This document shows, piece by piece, positions 56,079-64,000 of a DNA stretch of 64,000 bases. Numbering within the stretch: position 1 is the stretch's first letter; every line of letters begins with the position of its first letter. Under the pieces are notes generated by a model that worked only from the letters and a program-made list of their open reading frames with translations, was not told the DNA's origin and ran no database searches. A program made the translations under genes and the position numbers. This DNA comes from a virus: the IMG/VR virus record IMGVR_UViG_3300017917_000616, positions 28,603-92,602 of that record; one strand, given 5' to 3'.

Positions 56079-58922
56079 ATGGCAGAAAACATTTACACCC
56101 CAGAACAACAGCAACAAATGGCTGAACTTTTTTCTGCCTTTGCCAACTTAACCAAAGAAACTGATCCTTTAATAAAGGCAAAGATAGAAGAAGCAAAGCG
56201 TGCCAAAGAAGTAGAGGATGCGTTTAAGAAACTTAAAGCACAGTTAGGTGATAGCGCCCTACAATTTGGTAAAAGTTTATTATCAGCAGGTGAAGGTACA
56301 GGAAAATATGCCAGTTCTGTAACCGGAGCTTCAAATGCGTTAGGAGATTGGGTAGGTCGCTTAGGTTTAGCCGGAAAAGTATTAGGTGGCTTCATTAAGA
56401 TATTTGGTGAAATTGCCGCCAAAAGTCTAAAACAAAACGATGATTTGATGAAAGCGTACCAAGGTCTTAGTGACATGGGTACGATTGCTGCCGGCGGATT
56501 AGAAGAATTACATAAGCAATTAGGTGCTGTAGGTTTAATGGCAGAAGAATATGACAAATTCTTATCTGTATTGAAACCTGTTACTAGTGAATTAGCATTG
56601 TTTGGTGGCAGTGTTACTGAAGGTAGACGTAAGTTTGTTCAATTAACCAGATCACTTATCGGCCCTGACAGTGAACTTGAAAGAGGTCTAGCCAGATTAG
56701 GTTATAGTACTCAAGATATACGTGAAGGTGCTGCTGACTTTGTTAAGAAACAAGCCTTAATGGGCATTCAGCAAGGGAATGATTATAACAAGCAAGCTAA
56801 ACAAGTATCTGCTTATCTAACTACGTTAAAACAGTTACAAGAATTAACTGGTATGCAACGTGATGAAGCACAAAAGGTTATTGACCAGCAAATAGCAGAG
56901 GCTCGTTTTAACTTAAAGTTACAAGAATTAAGAGCGCAAGGTAGAGATAAAGAAGCAGACAATTTATTGTTCATAACTGGTGCCATTCAGAAAACACTAG
57001 GACCTGAATTTGCTGCCGGCGTCAGAGAAATGGTTGCTAACAATGGACAGATTGTAGGCCAACTATCCGCTCAAGCTATGATGGCTACAAGAGGGCAGAT
57101 TTTTAGAATAGTTACTGATGCTTCCAAAGAAGGTCCGCAAGCATTAGGGGCAATGTTTAAAAATATTGCTGCCGTAGGTCAACAGAACATAAAACAATTT
57201 GGTACTTCTATTGCGGTTGCCGGTGATGAAATTAAAGATGTTACCGGTGGTAACGAATTCTTATCAGGTGTCATCAAACTTTTAGCAATGGATACTAAAA
57301 AATATGATGAAACTATACAAAATTTAATAAGAATACAAAAAGGTGAAGGCGGCCGTTTAGAAAAAAATATTAGATTAGAGCAAATGAATCGTGCTATGCG
57401 AATAGCAGGAGACCAAGCTGTGGGTAAAGTAGGCGACATGATGGTTAGCCTATTTTATAAAATTAATGAAGTATTGTTTAAGTTTGGTAAAGTTTTAGCT
57501 AAAATTATCGACACCTTTGGTCCTGTAGTAGGTATAACTGGAACAAATCTTAGCGAACAGTTCAGAGATTTAACTGATAACAGAACAGATTTAGAATTAG
57601 CACAACGACAACAGGAACAAAGTTTAGGCGACATACAAAGATTAAGAGAAGAAATAGCTGCCATAGAAACTGGAAACGCTAATATGGCACAAGCCATACG
57701 TGACAAACAGCAAGAAATAACTCAAATGGAAGCCGCTTTGCGTGAAAAGCGTAAAAAAGAAGGTTATACTGCTGAAGTGATAGAAGAACAAAAACGTATA
57801 GCAGAAGAAAAACGAAAACTAAGAGAATTGGAAGCTGACGCAAGGGCTGCAGGAATAGATGCGTCAGGAAGAATTAATACTGATAAAGCACTACTTGAGA
57901 AAAAAGCAAGATTAGCAGAAATAGAACAACGTTTAGTTCAGGATCGTGAACGTGTATTACGCCTAGAAGAAGAACGTATCCGATTGGCTGGTCAACAGAT
58001 ACAAGGTTTTGGCACACAAAAAGAAGATACAGGATTAAAAGTTCAGGGTAGTCAAGGGCAAGCTACAAATGCTCAAGGACAACAAGTTGATAGCGACACA
58101 TTAAAGAAACGACAAGCAGCCGCTGCTAGTTTAAGTACAGGTATAACAAGTGATAAGACTCAAGAAATTTTAAACAAATTAAGTTTTAAAAATAAAGATG
58201 AAAATATCGGTGGCGGCGGAGTAGATGCAGCATTGATTGGATTAGCAGAAAGAATTCATAATGCGTTTCCAGGAGCAACATTTACCGCATTAAACGACAT
58301 ATATCATCAAGCTAACTTCCCGAATAGTCGTCACACTATGGGAAAGGCATTAGATTTTGTATTACCAAGACCACCTAAAACACCTGAAGAAGCAGATGCA
58401 ATAAAAGAACGTATTAAGGATTTGGGCGGCTCTAAAGTTTTAGATGAGTATTTCAGAGATAAAAATCAATATACGACCGGTGGTCATTTTCACGTAGAAG
58501 TTGCTAGAACAGGCGGTAAGTTTGCTGGTCCAGGATCTGGGTTCCCAGTTATGTTACATGGAAAAGATGAAAGTGTTTGGCCAGAAGATAGATTGATTAG
58601 TGCTTTCAGAGCAGTACAGAAGTCTACACTATCAGGATACCAAGAACAATTGTTTAGCGATTTGGGCATAGGTAAACAGAATCTTAATATGTCTAATAAC
58701 ATTGGACAAATGCCCGATATAAAATCTATAATTGCTGAAGTAAGCAAAGAAGTATCAAACAAAGCGAATACAACTACAACATCACCAGTTGAAACATTTA
58801 AAGATAACTCAGCAATGCTAGATAGGTTAGCAGAATTGTCAAGTAAGATTCAATCTTTAATCGATGAAACTCGCAAAGGTGTCGATATCAATGAACAAAT
58901 ATTGACCTATACTAAGGCCTAA
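56079..58922 (+). CDS. Tape-measure-like protein with a peptidase M15-like (LAS-type) domain
   Basis: Long helical and coiled-coil region; SRHTMGKALD...GGHFHVE (H-x6-D...HxH); C-terminal GG.F.GP.SG.PV.LHG..E.V.P. Confidence 0.7.
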   Translation: MAENIYTPEQQQQMAELFSAFANLTKETDPLIKAKIEEAKRAKEVEDAFKKLKAQLGDSALQFGKSLLSAGEGTGKYASSVTGASNALGDWVGRLGLAGKVLGGFIKIFGEIAAKSLKQNDDLMKAYQGLSDMGTIAAGGLEELHKQLGAVGLMAEEYDKFLSVLKPVTSELALFGGSVTEGRRKFVQLTRSLIGPDSELERGLARLGYSTQDIREGAADFVKKQALMGIQQGNDYNKQAKQVSAYLTTLKQLQELTGMQRDEAQKVIDQQIAEARFNLKLQELRAQGRDKEADNLLFITGAIQKTLGPEFAAGVREMVANNGQIVGQLSAQAMMATRGQIFRIVTDASKEGPQALGAMFKNIAAVGQQNIKQFGTSIAVAGDEIKDVTGGNEFLSGVIKLLAMDTKKYDETIQNLIRIQKGEGGRLEKNIRLEQMNRAMRIAGDQAVGKVGDMMVSLFYKINEVLFKFGKVLAKIIDTFGPVVGITGTNLSEQFRDLTDNRTDLELAQRQQEQSLGDIQRLREEIAAIETGNANMAQAIRDKQQEITQMEAALREKRKKEGYTAEVIEEQKRIAEEKRKLRELEADARAAGIDASGRINTDKALLEKKARLAEIEQRLVQDRERVLRLEEERIRLAGQQIQGFGTQKEDTGLKVQGSQGQATNAQGQQVDSDTLKKRQAAAASLSTGITSDKTQEILNKLSFKNKDENIGGGGVDAALIGLAERIHNAFPGATFTALNDIYHQANFPNSRHTMGKALDFVLPRPPKTPEEADAIKERIKDLGGSKVLDEYFRDKNQYTTGGHFHVEVARTGGKFAGPGSGFPVMLHGKDESVWPEDRLISAFRAVQKSTLSGYQEQLFSDLGIGKQNLNMSNNIGQMPDIKSIIAEVSKEVSNKANTTTTSPVETFKDNSAMLDRLAELSSKIQSLIDETRKGVDINEQILTYTKA

Positions 58923-58923
58923 A

Positions 58924-58931
58924 GATAAATA
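58924..58931 (+). promoter_or_regulatory. Late promoter GATAAATA
   Basis: In the 16-nt gap, 7 nt before the portal ATG. Confidence 0.65.
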
Positions 58932-58938
58932 TTAAACT

Positions 58939-60711
58939 ATGTCATATAAAAAGCGTTTCCAAAACTTACAAGGACAAATGAGTCCTATTTCGGGCAACAA
59001 TAGTAATGCCGGTGCCTGGAATAGTGGTGCGGGAATGAATTTGAATCCTACCGGAGGATGGGCTAACGACCAATTTGGTTATAAAAATTATCAAAGTCGT
59101 TTACCTGAAGTGTATACAGGTCACCCAAATCGTGTAGAACGCTATAATCAATATGAAATGATGGATGTTGATGCTGAAATTAATGCGTGTTTAGATATTA
59201 TCGCAGAGTTCAGCACACAGAAAAATGAACAGAACAATACACCATTTGAAATTGAATTCCATGAAGATCCTACTCCTCATGAAGTTGAACTAATAAAAAA
59301 ACAATTACAACAATGGTGTAAATTAAACGAATTTGACCAAAGAACGTTTAAAATTTTCAGAAACACAATCAAGTATGGGGATCAGGTGTTTATTCGTGAT
59401 CCCGAAAATTTTAAACTTTACTGGGTCGATATGACTAAAGTAAGTAAAGTTATTGTCAATGAAAGCGAAGGTAAAAAACCTGAGCAATATGTTATCAAAG
59501 ATATCAACCCAAACTTACAAAACTTAAGCATTGCTGAAAAAACAACTACAGATTTCCAAGCGCAACCTCCAACAGCAGGTTACTCAGCTCCATATTCATA
59601 CACTGTTCCTAATGAACCCTACGGTACAACAGGATCACGTTTTAGTTTAGGAATTAATGAAGCAGCCATCGATGCTAAACATGTAGTACATCTAAGTTTA
59701 ACTGAAGGATTAGACAGATACTGGCCATTTGGTCAAAGCATTTTAGAAAATATCTTTAAAGTATATAAACAAAAAGAACTATTAGAAGATGCTATTCTAA
59801 TCTATCGTATCAGTCGTGCTCCAGAACGTAGAGTATTCAAAATTGACGTTGGCAACATGCCAAGTCATATGGCTATGGCATTTATTGATAGAGTTAAGAA
59901 CGAAATTCACCAAAGACGCATTCCATCTATACAGGGTGGTCAAAGTGTAATGGATGCTACATATAATCCATTAAGTATCAACGAGGATTATTTCTTCCCT
60001 GTTACTGCTGATGGTCGTGGTAGTGACGTTACTACACTTCAAGGTGGTCAGAATTTGGGTGAAATTGATGATTTACGCTATTTTAACAATAGATTAGCAC
60101 GTGGTTTGCGTGTTCCAAGTAGCTATTTGCCTACTGGACCTGAAGATAATCCAACACCATTGAGTGATGGTCGTGTAGGTACTGCTATGATTCAAGAATA
60201 TCGATTCAACCAGTACTGTATGAGACTACAAAAGTACATCTCACAAAAGCTAAACGATGAATTTAAGTTGTTTATGAGATGGCGAGGTCTTAATATCGAT
60301 AGTAGTTTGTTCGATATTAAGTTCAATGAACCACAAAACTTTGCCGCATACCGTCAAAGTGAATTAGACACAGCACGTGTCACTGTGTTTCAAACTATGG
60401 AAGCATTCCCATACATCAGTAAGCGTTTTGCTATGCAACGATTCTTAGGATTGTCTGAAGAAGAAATCGAAGAAAATAGCAGATTGTGGTTTGAAGAACG
60501 TGAAGAACCGGAAGATAATGATGTTAAAGGCAGTGACTTGCGTAGTATTGGTATCAGTCAGGGTGATCTTGAGGCTGATGAAGAAAGTGCTGAAAACTTA
60601 CCTGATGAAGATGCCGCAGCAAATCAGATGCCACCTGAAATTGGTCCAGCAGTAGCAGGACCTGAAGCAATGCCTGCTGGAGGCGGCATGGCACCACCTC
60701 CCCCAGCATAA
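58939..60711 (+). CDS. Portal protein (T4 gp20-like)
   Basis: LLEDAILIYRISRAPERRVFKIDVGNMP, EDYFFP, TL.GGQNLGEIDD, L.VP.S. Confidence 0.95.
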   Translation: MSYKKRFQNLQGQMSPISGNNSNAGAWNSGAGMNLNPTGGWANDQFGYKNYQSRLPEVYTGHPNRVERYNQYEMMDVDAEINACLDIIAEFSTQKNEQNNTPFEIEFHEDPTPHEVELIKKQLQQWCKLNEFDQRTFKIFRNTIKYGDQVFIRDPENFKLYWVDMTKVSKVIVNESEGKKPEQYVIKDINPNLQNLSIAEKTTTDFQAQPPTAGYSAPYSYTVPNEPYGTTGSRFSLGINEAAIDAKHVVHLSLTEGLDRYWPFGQSILENIFKVYKQKELLEDAILIYRISRAPERRVFKIDVGNMPSHMAMAFIDRVKNEIHQRRIPSIQGGQSVMDATYNPLSINEDYFFPVTADGRGSDVTTLQGGQNLGEIDDLRYFNNRLARGLRVPSSYLPTGPEDNPTPLSDGRVGTAMIQEYRFNQYCMRLQKYISQKLNDEFKLFMRWRGLNIDSSLFDIKFNEPQNFAAYRQSELDTARVTVFQTMEAFPYISKRFAMQRFLGLSEEEIEENSRLWFEEREEPEDNDVKGSDLRSIGISQGDLEADEESAENLPDEDAAANQMPPEIGPAVAGPEAMPAGGGMAPPPPA

Positions 60712-60713
60712 GA

Positions 60714-60721
60714 GATAAATA
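60714..60721 (+). promoter_or_regulatory. Late promoter GATAAATA
   Basis: Intergenic, 5 nt before the ATG at 60727. Confidence 0.6.
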
Positions 60722-60726
60722 TTAAT

Positions 60727-60951
60727 ATGAAACTCTTTGAAATGTATGACGCCCCGGTACAAGGATACCAAGATGTATCACAAGACCAGAGTAAATGGAA
60801 ATGGGGCGAAACTCGTAAGACTAAACTAACTCTAAGACAAATACGCAAGTTACGTAAGATGTTGGATGTTAGGAATTACGAACAGGCAAAAAATCTTAAA
60901 AAGATACGTAAACAATACGAACCTGTAGCACAAGAACAGCCTACACTATAA
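60727..60951 (+). CDS. Small head-module protein
   Basis: 74 aa with basic TRKTKLTLRQIRKLR, between the portal and core genes. Confidence 0.7.
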   Translation: MKLFEMYDAPVQGYQDVSQDQSKWKWGETRKTKLTLRQIRKLRKMLDVRNYEQAKNLKKIRKQYEPVAQEQPTL

Positions 60952-60995
60952 TAATCTCTATATTCTCCTAAAAAGTGTAAAAAAATAGCACTTAT

Positions 60996-61025
60996 TGAGT
61001 AGTTTTGCCAGCTACTCACTAAATA
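60996..61025 (+). promoter_or_regulatory. Hairpin TGAGTAGT/GCTACTCA abutting late promoter ACTAAATA (61018-61025)
   Basis: Inverted repeat 60996-61018 followed by the box; Shine-Dalgarno AGGAGA downstream. Confidence 0.55.
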
Positions 61026-61060
61026 ATTCTACAAAGCCATTTTAATCAGGAGAACAAATA

Positions 61061-61966
61061 ATGGATAACAAAAAGTTTGAACAACTCATTGAACTCATTA
61101 TCAATGAGGACGAAGAAAAAGCCCGTGCGTTATTTCATGATATCGTAGTTGAAAAGAGCCGCGAAATTTATGAATCAATGATGGACGAGGAAATGGTCGA
61201 CAGCCCAGTAGAAGGTCTAATGGACGAAATTTCTGCTGAAGAAGCAGGCGGAATGACCGAAGAAGAAGAAGATGAATTTGCTGATATCGAAGCAGATGGC
61301 GACGGCGAAGAAATGGACGTTGAACTAGATGCTGACGATATGGGTGACGAAAGTGAAGGCGACTTAGAAGACCGCGTGGTTGACTTAGAAGATAAGCTAG
61401 ATGAATTAATGGCTGAATTCGAAGAAATGATGGGTCAAGAAGGTGGCGACATGGGAGACGAAGACTTCGGTGACGAAGAAGGCGACGAAATGATGGAAGC
61501 TGCTAAAGACGAAGATGAAGATTCTTTAGAAGAAGCTAAGGACGAAGATGAAGATTCTTTAGAAGAAGCTAAGGACGAAGATGAAGATACTCTAGAAGAA
61601 TCTGTTCAACTTCAAAAAGTTTCTGTAACACATGGTGACAATGGTGCTTATACAAAGAGCCCTGGTCTAAACAAGAATACAAAAGTTTCTGACAATGGTG
61701 CTAAGCCAGTTAAGTTCGACCAAGGTGGTGACTCTACAAAGGGTGGCACACAAGGTGGTTTGTTGAATCCAACAACTAAGGATCTAAAAGGCGCAGGTTC
61801 ATTCAAGAATGCTCCAGGTAAAGGTAACTTCTCTGAAAAAGGTGAAGCAGCTCCTAAGCCAAAGCATGGTGATGATGGTCAAAACACCAAGTCTATCGTA
61901 GGCGAAGGCAAGAAGTTGGTTAAAAAGCCAATTACTAAGCCGGTAGCTAAGAAGATTGTCAAGTAA
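61061..61966 (+). CDS. Highly acidic prohead core/internal scaffold-like protein
   Basis: Asp/Glu-rich N-terminal two thirds and Lys/Gly-rich tail; between portal and protease. Confidence 0.7.
   Translation: MDNKKFEQLIELIINEDEEKARALFHDIVVEKSREIYESMMDEEMVDSPVEGLMDEISAEEAGGMTEEEEDEFADIEADGDGEEMDVELDADDMGDESEGDLEDRVVDLEDKLDELMAEFEEMMGQEGGDMGDEDFGDEEGDEMMEAAKDEDEDSLEEAKDEDEDSLEEAKDEDEDTLEESVQLQKVSVTHGDNGAYTKSPGLNKNTKVSDNGAKPVKFDQGGDSTKGGTQGGLLNPTTKDLKGAGSFKNAPGKGNFSEKGEAAPKPKHGDDGQNTKSIVGEGKKLVKKPITKPVAKKIVK
61502..61600 (+). repeat. 3 x 33-bp in-frame tandem repeat encoding AKDEDED(S/T)LEE
   Basis: Units 61502-61534, 61535-61567 and 61568-61600. Confidence 0.95.
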
Positions 61967-61980
61967 GGATAACTGGGAAA

Positions 61981-62616
61981 ATGGCTTTGTATCTCAGAGA
62001 GAACCTAACATTCGATAATGCTAATATCGTTGTCGAAAGTGAAGGTAATGGCGACAAGAAGAACCTTTATATGAAAGGTATCTTCATTCAGGGAGGGGTA
62101 AAAAACGCCAATGAGCGTGTTTACCCTGTATCTGAGATTGAGAACGCTGTTGAAACTCTCAATGAACAAATCAAGACCGGTTACTCCGTTTTAGGTGAAG
62201 TAGATCACCCAGATGATTTAAAGATTAATTTAGATCGTGTATCACATATGATTACTCAAATGTGGATGGACGGTCCAAATGGTTTCGGCAAGTTAAAGAT
62301 TTTACCAACTCCAATGGGACAATTAGTGTCTACTATGTTGGAGAGTGGTGTGAAACTCGGAGTCAGTAGTAGAGGTAGCGGAAACGTTAACGATATGAAT
62401 GGCCAAGTAAGTGACTTTGAAATAGTCACTGTAGATATTGTCGCACAACCTAGCGCACCAAATGCGTATCCAAAAGCGATTTATGAAGGTATGATGAATA
62501 TGCGTCATGGTCATAAGTTGTTGGATATTGCTAAGGAAGCAAGAGGCGACAAAAAAGTAGAGAGATACCTGAAAGAGGAAGTAATGCGCCTCATCAAGGA
62601 CCTCAAAATTAAATAA
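61981..62616 (+). CDS. Prohead protease (T4 gp21-like)
   Basis: GIFIQ...N.N.RVYP, LGEVDHP, VSH, LPTPMG, LGVSSRGSG, DIVAQPSAP.A. Confidence 0.95.
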   Translation: MALYLRENLTFDNANIVVESEGNGDKKNLYMKGIFIQGGVKNANERVYPVSEIENAVETLNEQIKTGYSVLGEVDHPDDLKINLDRVSHMITQMWMDGPNGFGKLKILPTPMGQLVSTMLESGVKLGVSSRGSGNVNDMNGQVSDFEIVTVDIVAQPSAPNAYPKAIYEGMMNMRHGHKLLDIAKEARGDKKVERYLKEEVMRLIKDLKIK

Positions 62617-62627
62617 GGGGAACAAGC

Positions 62628-63731
62628 ATGTTTGATGCTATCAAACCATTACTTGAAAGCGGCCTTATCAACGAAGATATCGGTGCTCAGTTAAATGAAG
62701 CATGGGAATCTAAATTGAATGAAGCACGTGAACAAGTTCGTGCTGAACTACGTGAGGAGTTCGCACAACGTTATGAACATGACAAAACAATAATGGTGGA
62801 AGCCCTTGATAAAATGGTGACAGAAGGTCTATCCGCTGAAATTGAAGAATTTCAAGCAGAGAGACAAGCAATGAACGAAGATCGTGTAAAAGCAAAGCAA
62901 AAGTTACACGAAAATGCTACTAAGTTCAATAATTTTATGGTTGAGAAATTAGCTGAAGAAATTAAGGAACTAAGAGCAGAGCGTAAGCTACAAATGGAAA
63001 GTCAGCAAAAGCTAGAACAATTCGTTGTTTCAGCATTAGCACGTGAAATCAAAGAATTCTCACAAGACAAGAAAGCTGTAGTTGAAGCTAAGGTTCGTTT
63101 AGTTTCTGAAGGTAAGAAACAACTTCAAGCACTTAAGGCTAAATTCGTAACAGAATCAGCTAAGAGAATGAATGAATCTGTAACCAAACATCTAAAGGGT
63201 GAAATGGCACAATTGAAAGAAGATATTAAGACCGCACGTGAAAACGATTTTGGTCGTCGTATTTTCGAATCTTTTGCTAGCGAGTATTCTGGTACATATC
63301 TAAATGATAAGGCAGAAACACGTAAGTTGTTACAACAACTACAAGCAAAGGATGAACAATTGGCTGAATCCATTAAAACAATCAGCAACGCTAAGAAGTT
63401 GATTGAAACAAAAGAACGTGAAGTCAAAATTATCAAAGAGTCCAATGAGCGTACAAAGGTCATGGGCGAATTGTTATCTACTCTAAATGAGGAGAAAGCA
63501 AAGGTAATGAAAGACTTACTAGAAAGCGTCCAAACACCTCGTCTACAGGCCGCTTTTGATAAGTATCTCCCAGCAGTTCTTAATACAATCACAGAAAAGA
63601 AAGAGCCTAAAAAGCAAATGATTTCTGAGAGTGTTAAAGAAATTACTGGAGATAAGACTGCCGTGAAACAAAAGGTTGACAGCGAAGAACGTGACAACGT
63701 TATTGAGCTAAGACGTTTGGCAGGGCTTTAA
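62628..63731 (+). CDS. Prohead core scaffolding protein (T4 gp22-like)
   Basis: Coiled-coil, Glu/Lys-rich protein between the protease and the major capsid gene. Confidence 0.85.
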   Translation: MFDAIKPLLESGLINEDIGAQLNEAWESKLNEAREQVRAELREEFAQRYEHDKTIMVEALDKMVTEGLSAEIEEFQAERQAMNEDRVKAKQKLHENATKFNNFMVEKLAEEIKELRAERKLQMESQQKLEQFVVSALAREIKEFSQDKKAVVEAKVRLVSEGKKQLQALKAKFVTESAKRMNESVTKHLKGEMAQLKEDIKTARENDFGRRIFESFASEYSGTYLNDKAETRKLLQQLQAKDEQLAESIKTISNAKKLIETKEREVKIIKESNERTKVMGELLSTLNEEKAKVMKDLLESVQTPRLQAAFDKYLPAVLNTITEKKEPKKQMISESVKEITGDKTAVKQKVDSEERDNVIELRRLAGL

Positions 63732-63763
63732 AAAATAAAGACATATATTAGGAGAATATAAAC

Positions 63764-64000
63764 ATGTCACAAGTTCTATTAGAAAGCCGTTGGGACGAGA
63801 CCAAAGAAGCCCTACTTGAAGGTCTTAAAGGTACTCGCCGCTCAACTATGCAAGTTATTTTAGAAAATACTCGCAAACAACTACTATCTGAAAGTTCAGC
63901 TGGTACAACAACTGCAGGTAATATCGCTACTCTAAACCGCGTTATTCTTCCAGTTATCCGTCGTGTAATGCCAACAGTTATCGCTAACGAGTTGGTAGGC
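63764..64000 (+). CDS. Major capsid protein (T4 gp23-like), 5' part, truncated by the window end
   Basis: Not in the ORF track. Shine-Dalgarno AGGAGA, then MSQVLLESRW...VILEN...VILPVIRRVMPTVIANELVG, matching the gp23 N-terminal pattern. Confidence 0.92.
   Translation, partial: MSQVLLESRWDETKEALLEGLKGTRRSTMQVILENTRKQLLSESSAGTTTAGNIATLNRVILPVIRRVMPTVIANELVG

Noticed and set aside
61502-61600. 33-bp repeats as a mini-CRISPR array
   Set aside because: The units are contiguous, in frame and have no spacers.
47812-63697. Short minus-strand ORFs opposite gp55, gp46, the tape measure, portal and scaffold genes
   Set aside because: Antisense shadow ORFs fully inside well-supported genes.
1-64000. 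Stop-codon reassignment, inteins or introns in core genes
   Set aside because: Genes tile densely in the standard code, and the conserved genes show no obvious interruptions.

Overview
This is a 64 kb segment of a large T4-like myophage (contractile baseplate, gp55/gp47/gp46, gp20-gp23 head genes), AT-rich and densely coding in the standard genetic code. It falls into five blocks. (1) 1-15.4 kb, minus strand: a sugar/modification cluster with a carbamoyltransferase, a Bug/TctC protein, a PP-loop protein, UDP-glucose dehydrogenase, an SGNH-like protein, three radical SAM enzymes and several glycosyltransferase-like ORFs. It lies directly downstream of block 2. (2) 15.5-47.5 kb, minus strand: tail and baseplate genes, including a 5706-aa structural protein, gp6, gp25, gp5 and gp53-like genes. 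(3) 47.6-54.4 kb, plus strand: late sigma factor gp55, gp47 and gp46, a five-gene ADP-heptose-type cassette (hldC, hldA, cupin, HAD, hldD) and a PD-(D/E)xK resolvase. (4) 54.43-54.96 kb: the only large non-coding gap, filled with nested helices that show RNA-type signatures at the 5' side and ssDNA-type hairpins at the 3' side. This is the best candidate for an undescribed system. (5) 55-64 kb: gp51/gp26-like genes, a tape-measure-like protein with an M15-type peptidase motif, portal, core, protease, scaffold and the start of the major capsid gene. I saw no tRNA, rRNA, CRISPR array or IS element. All calls come from reading motifs and synteny by eye; no database searches or folding computations were run.
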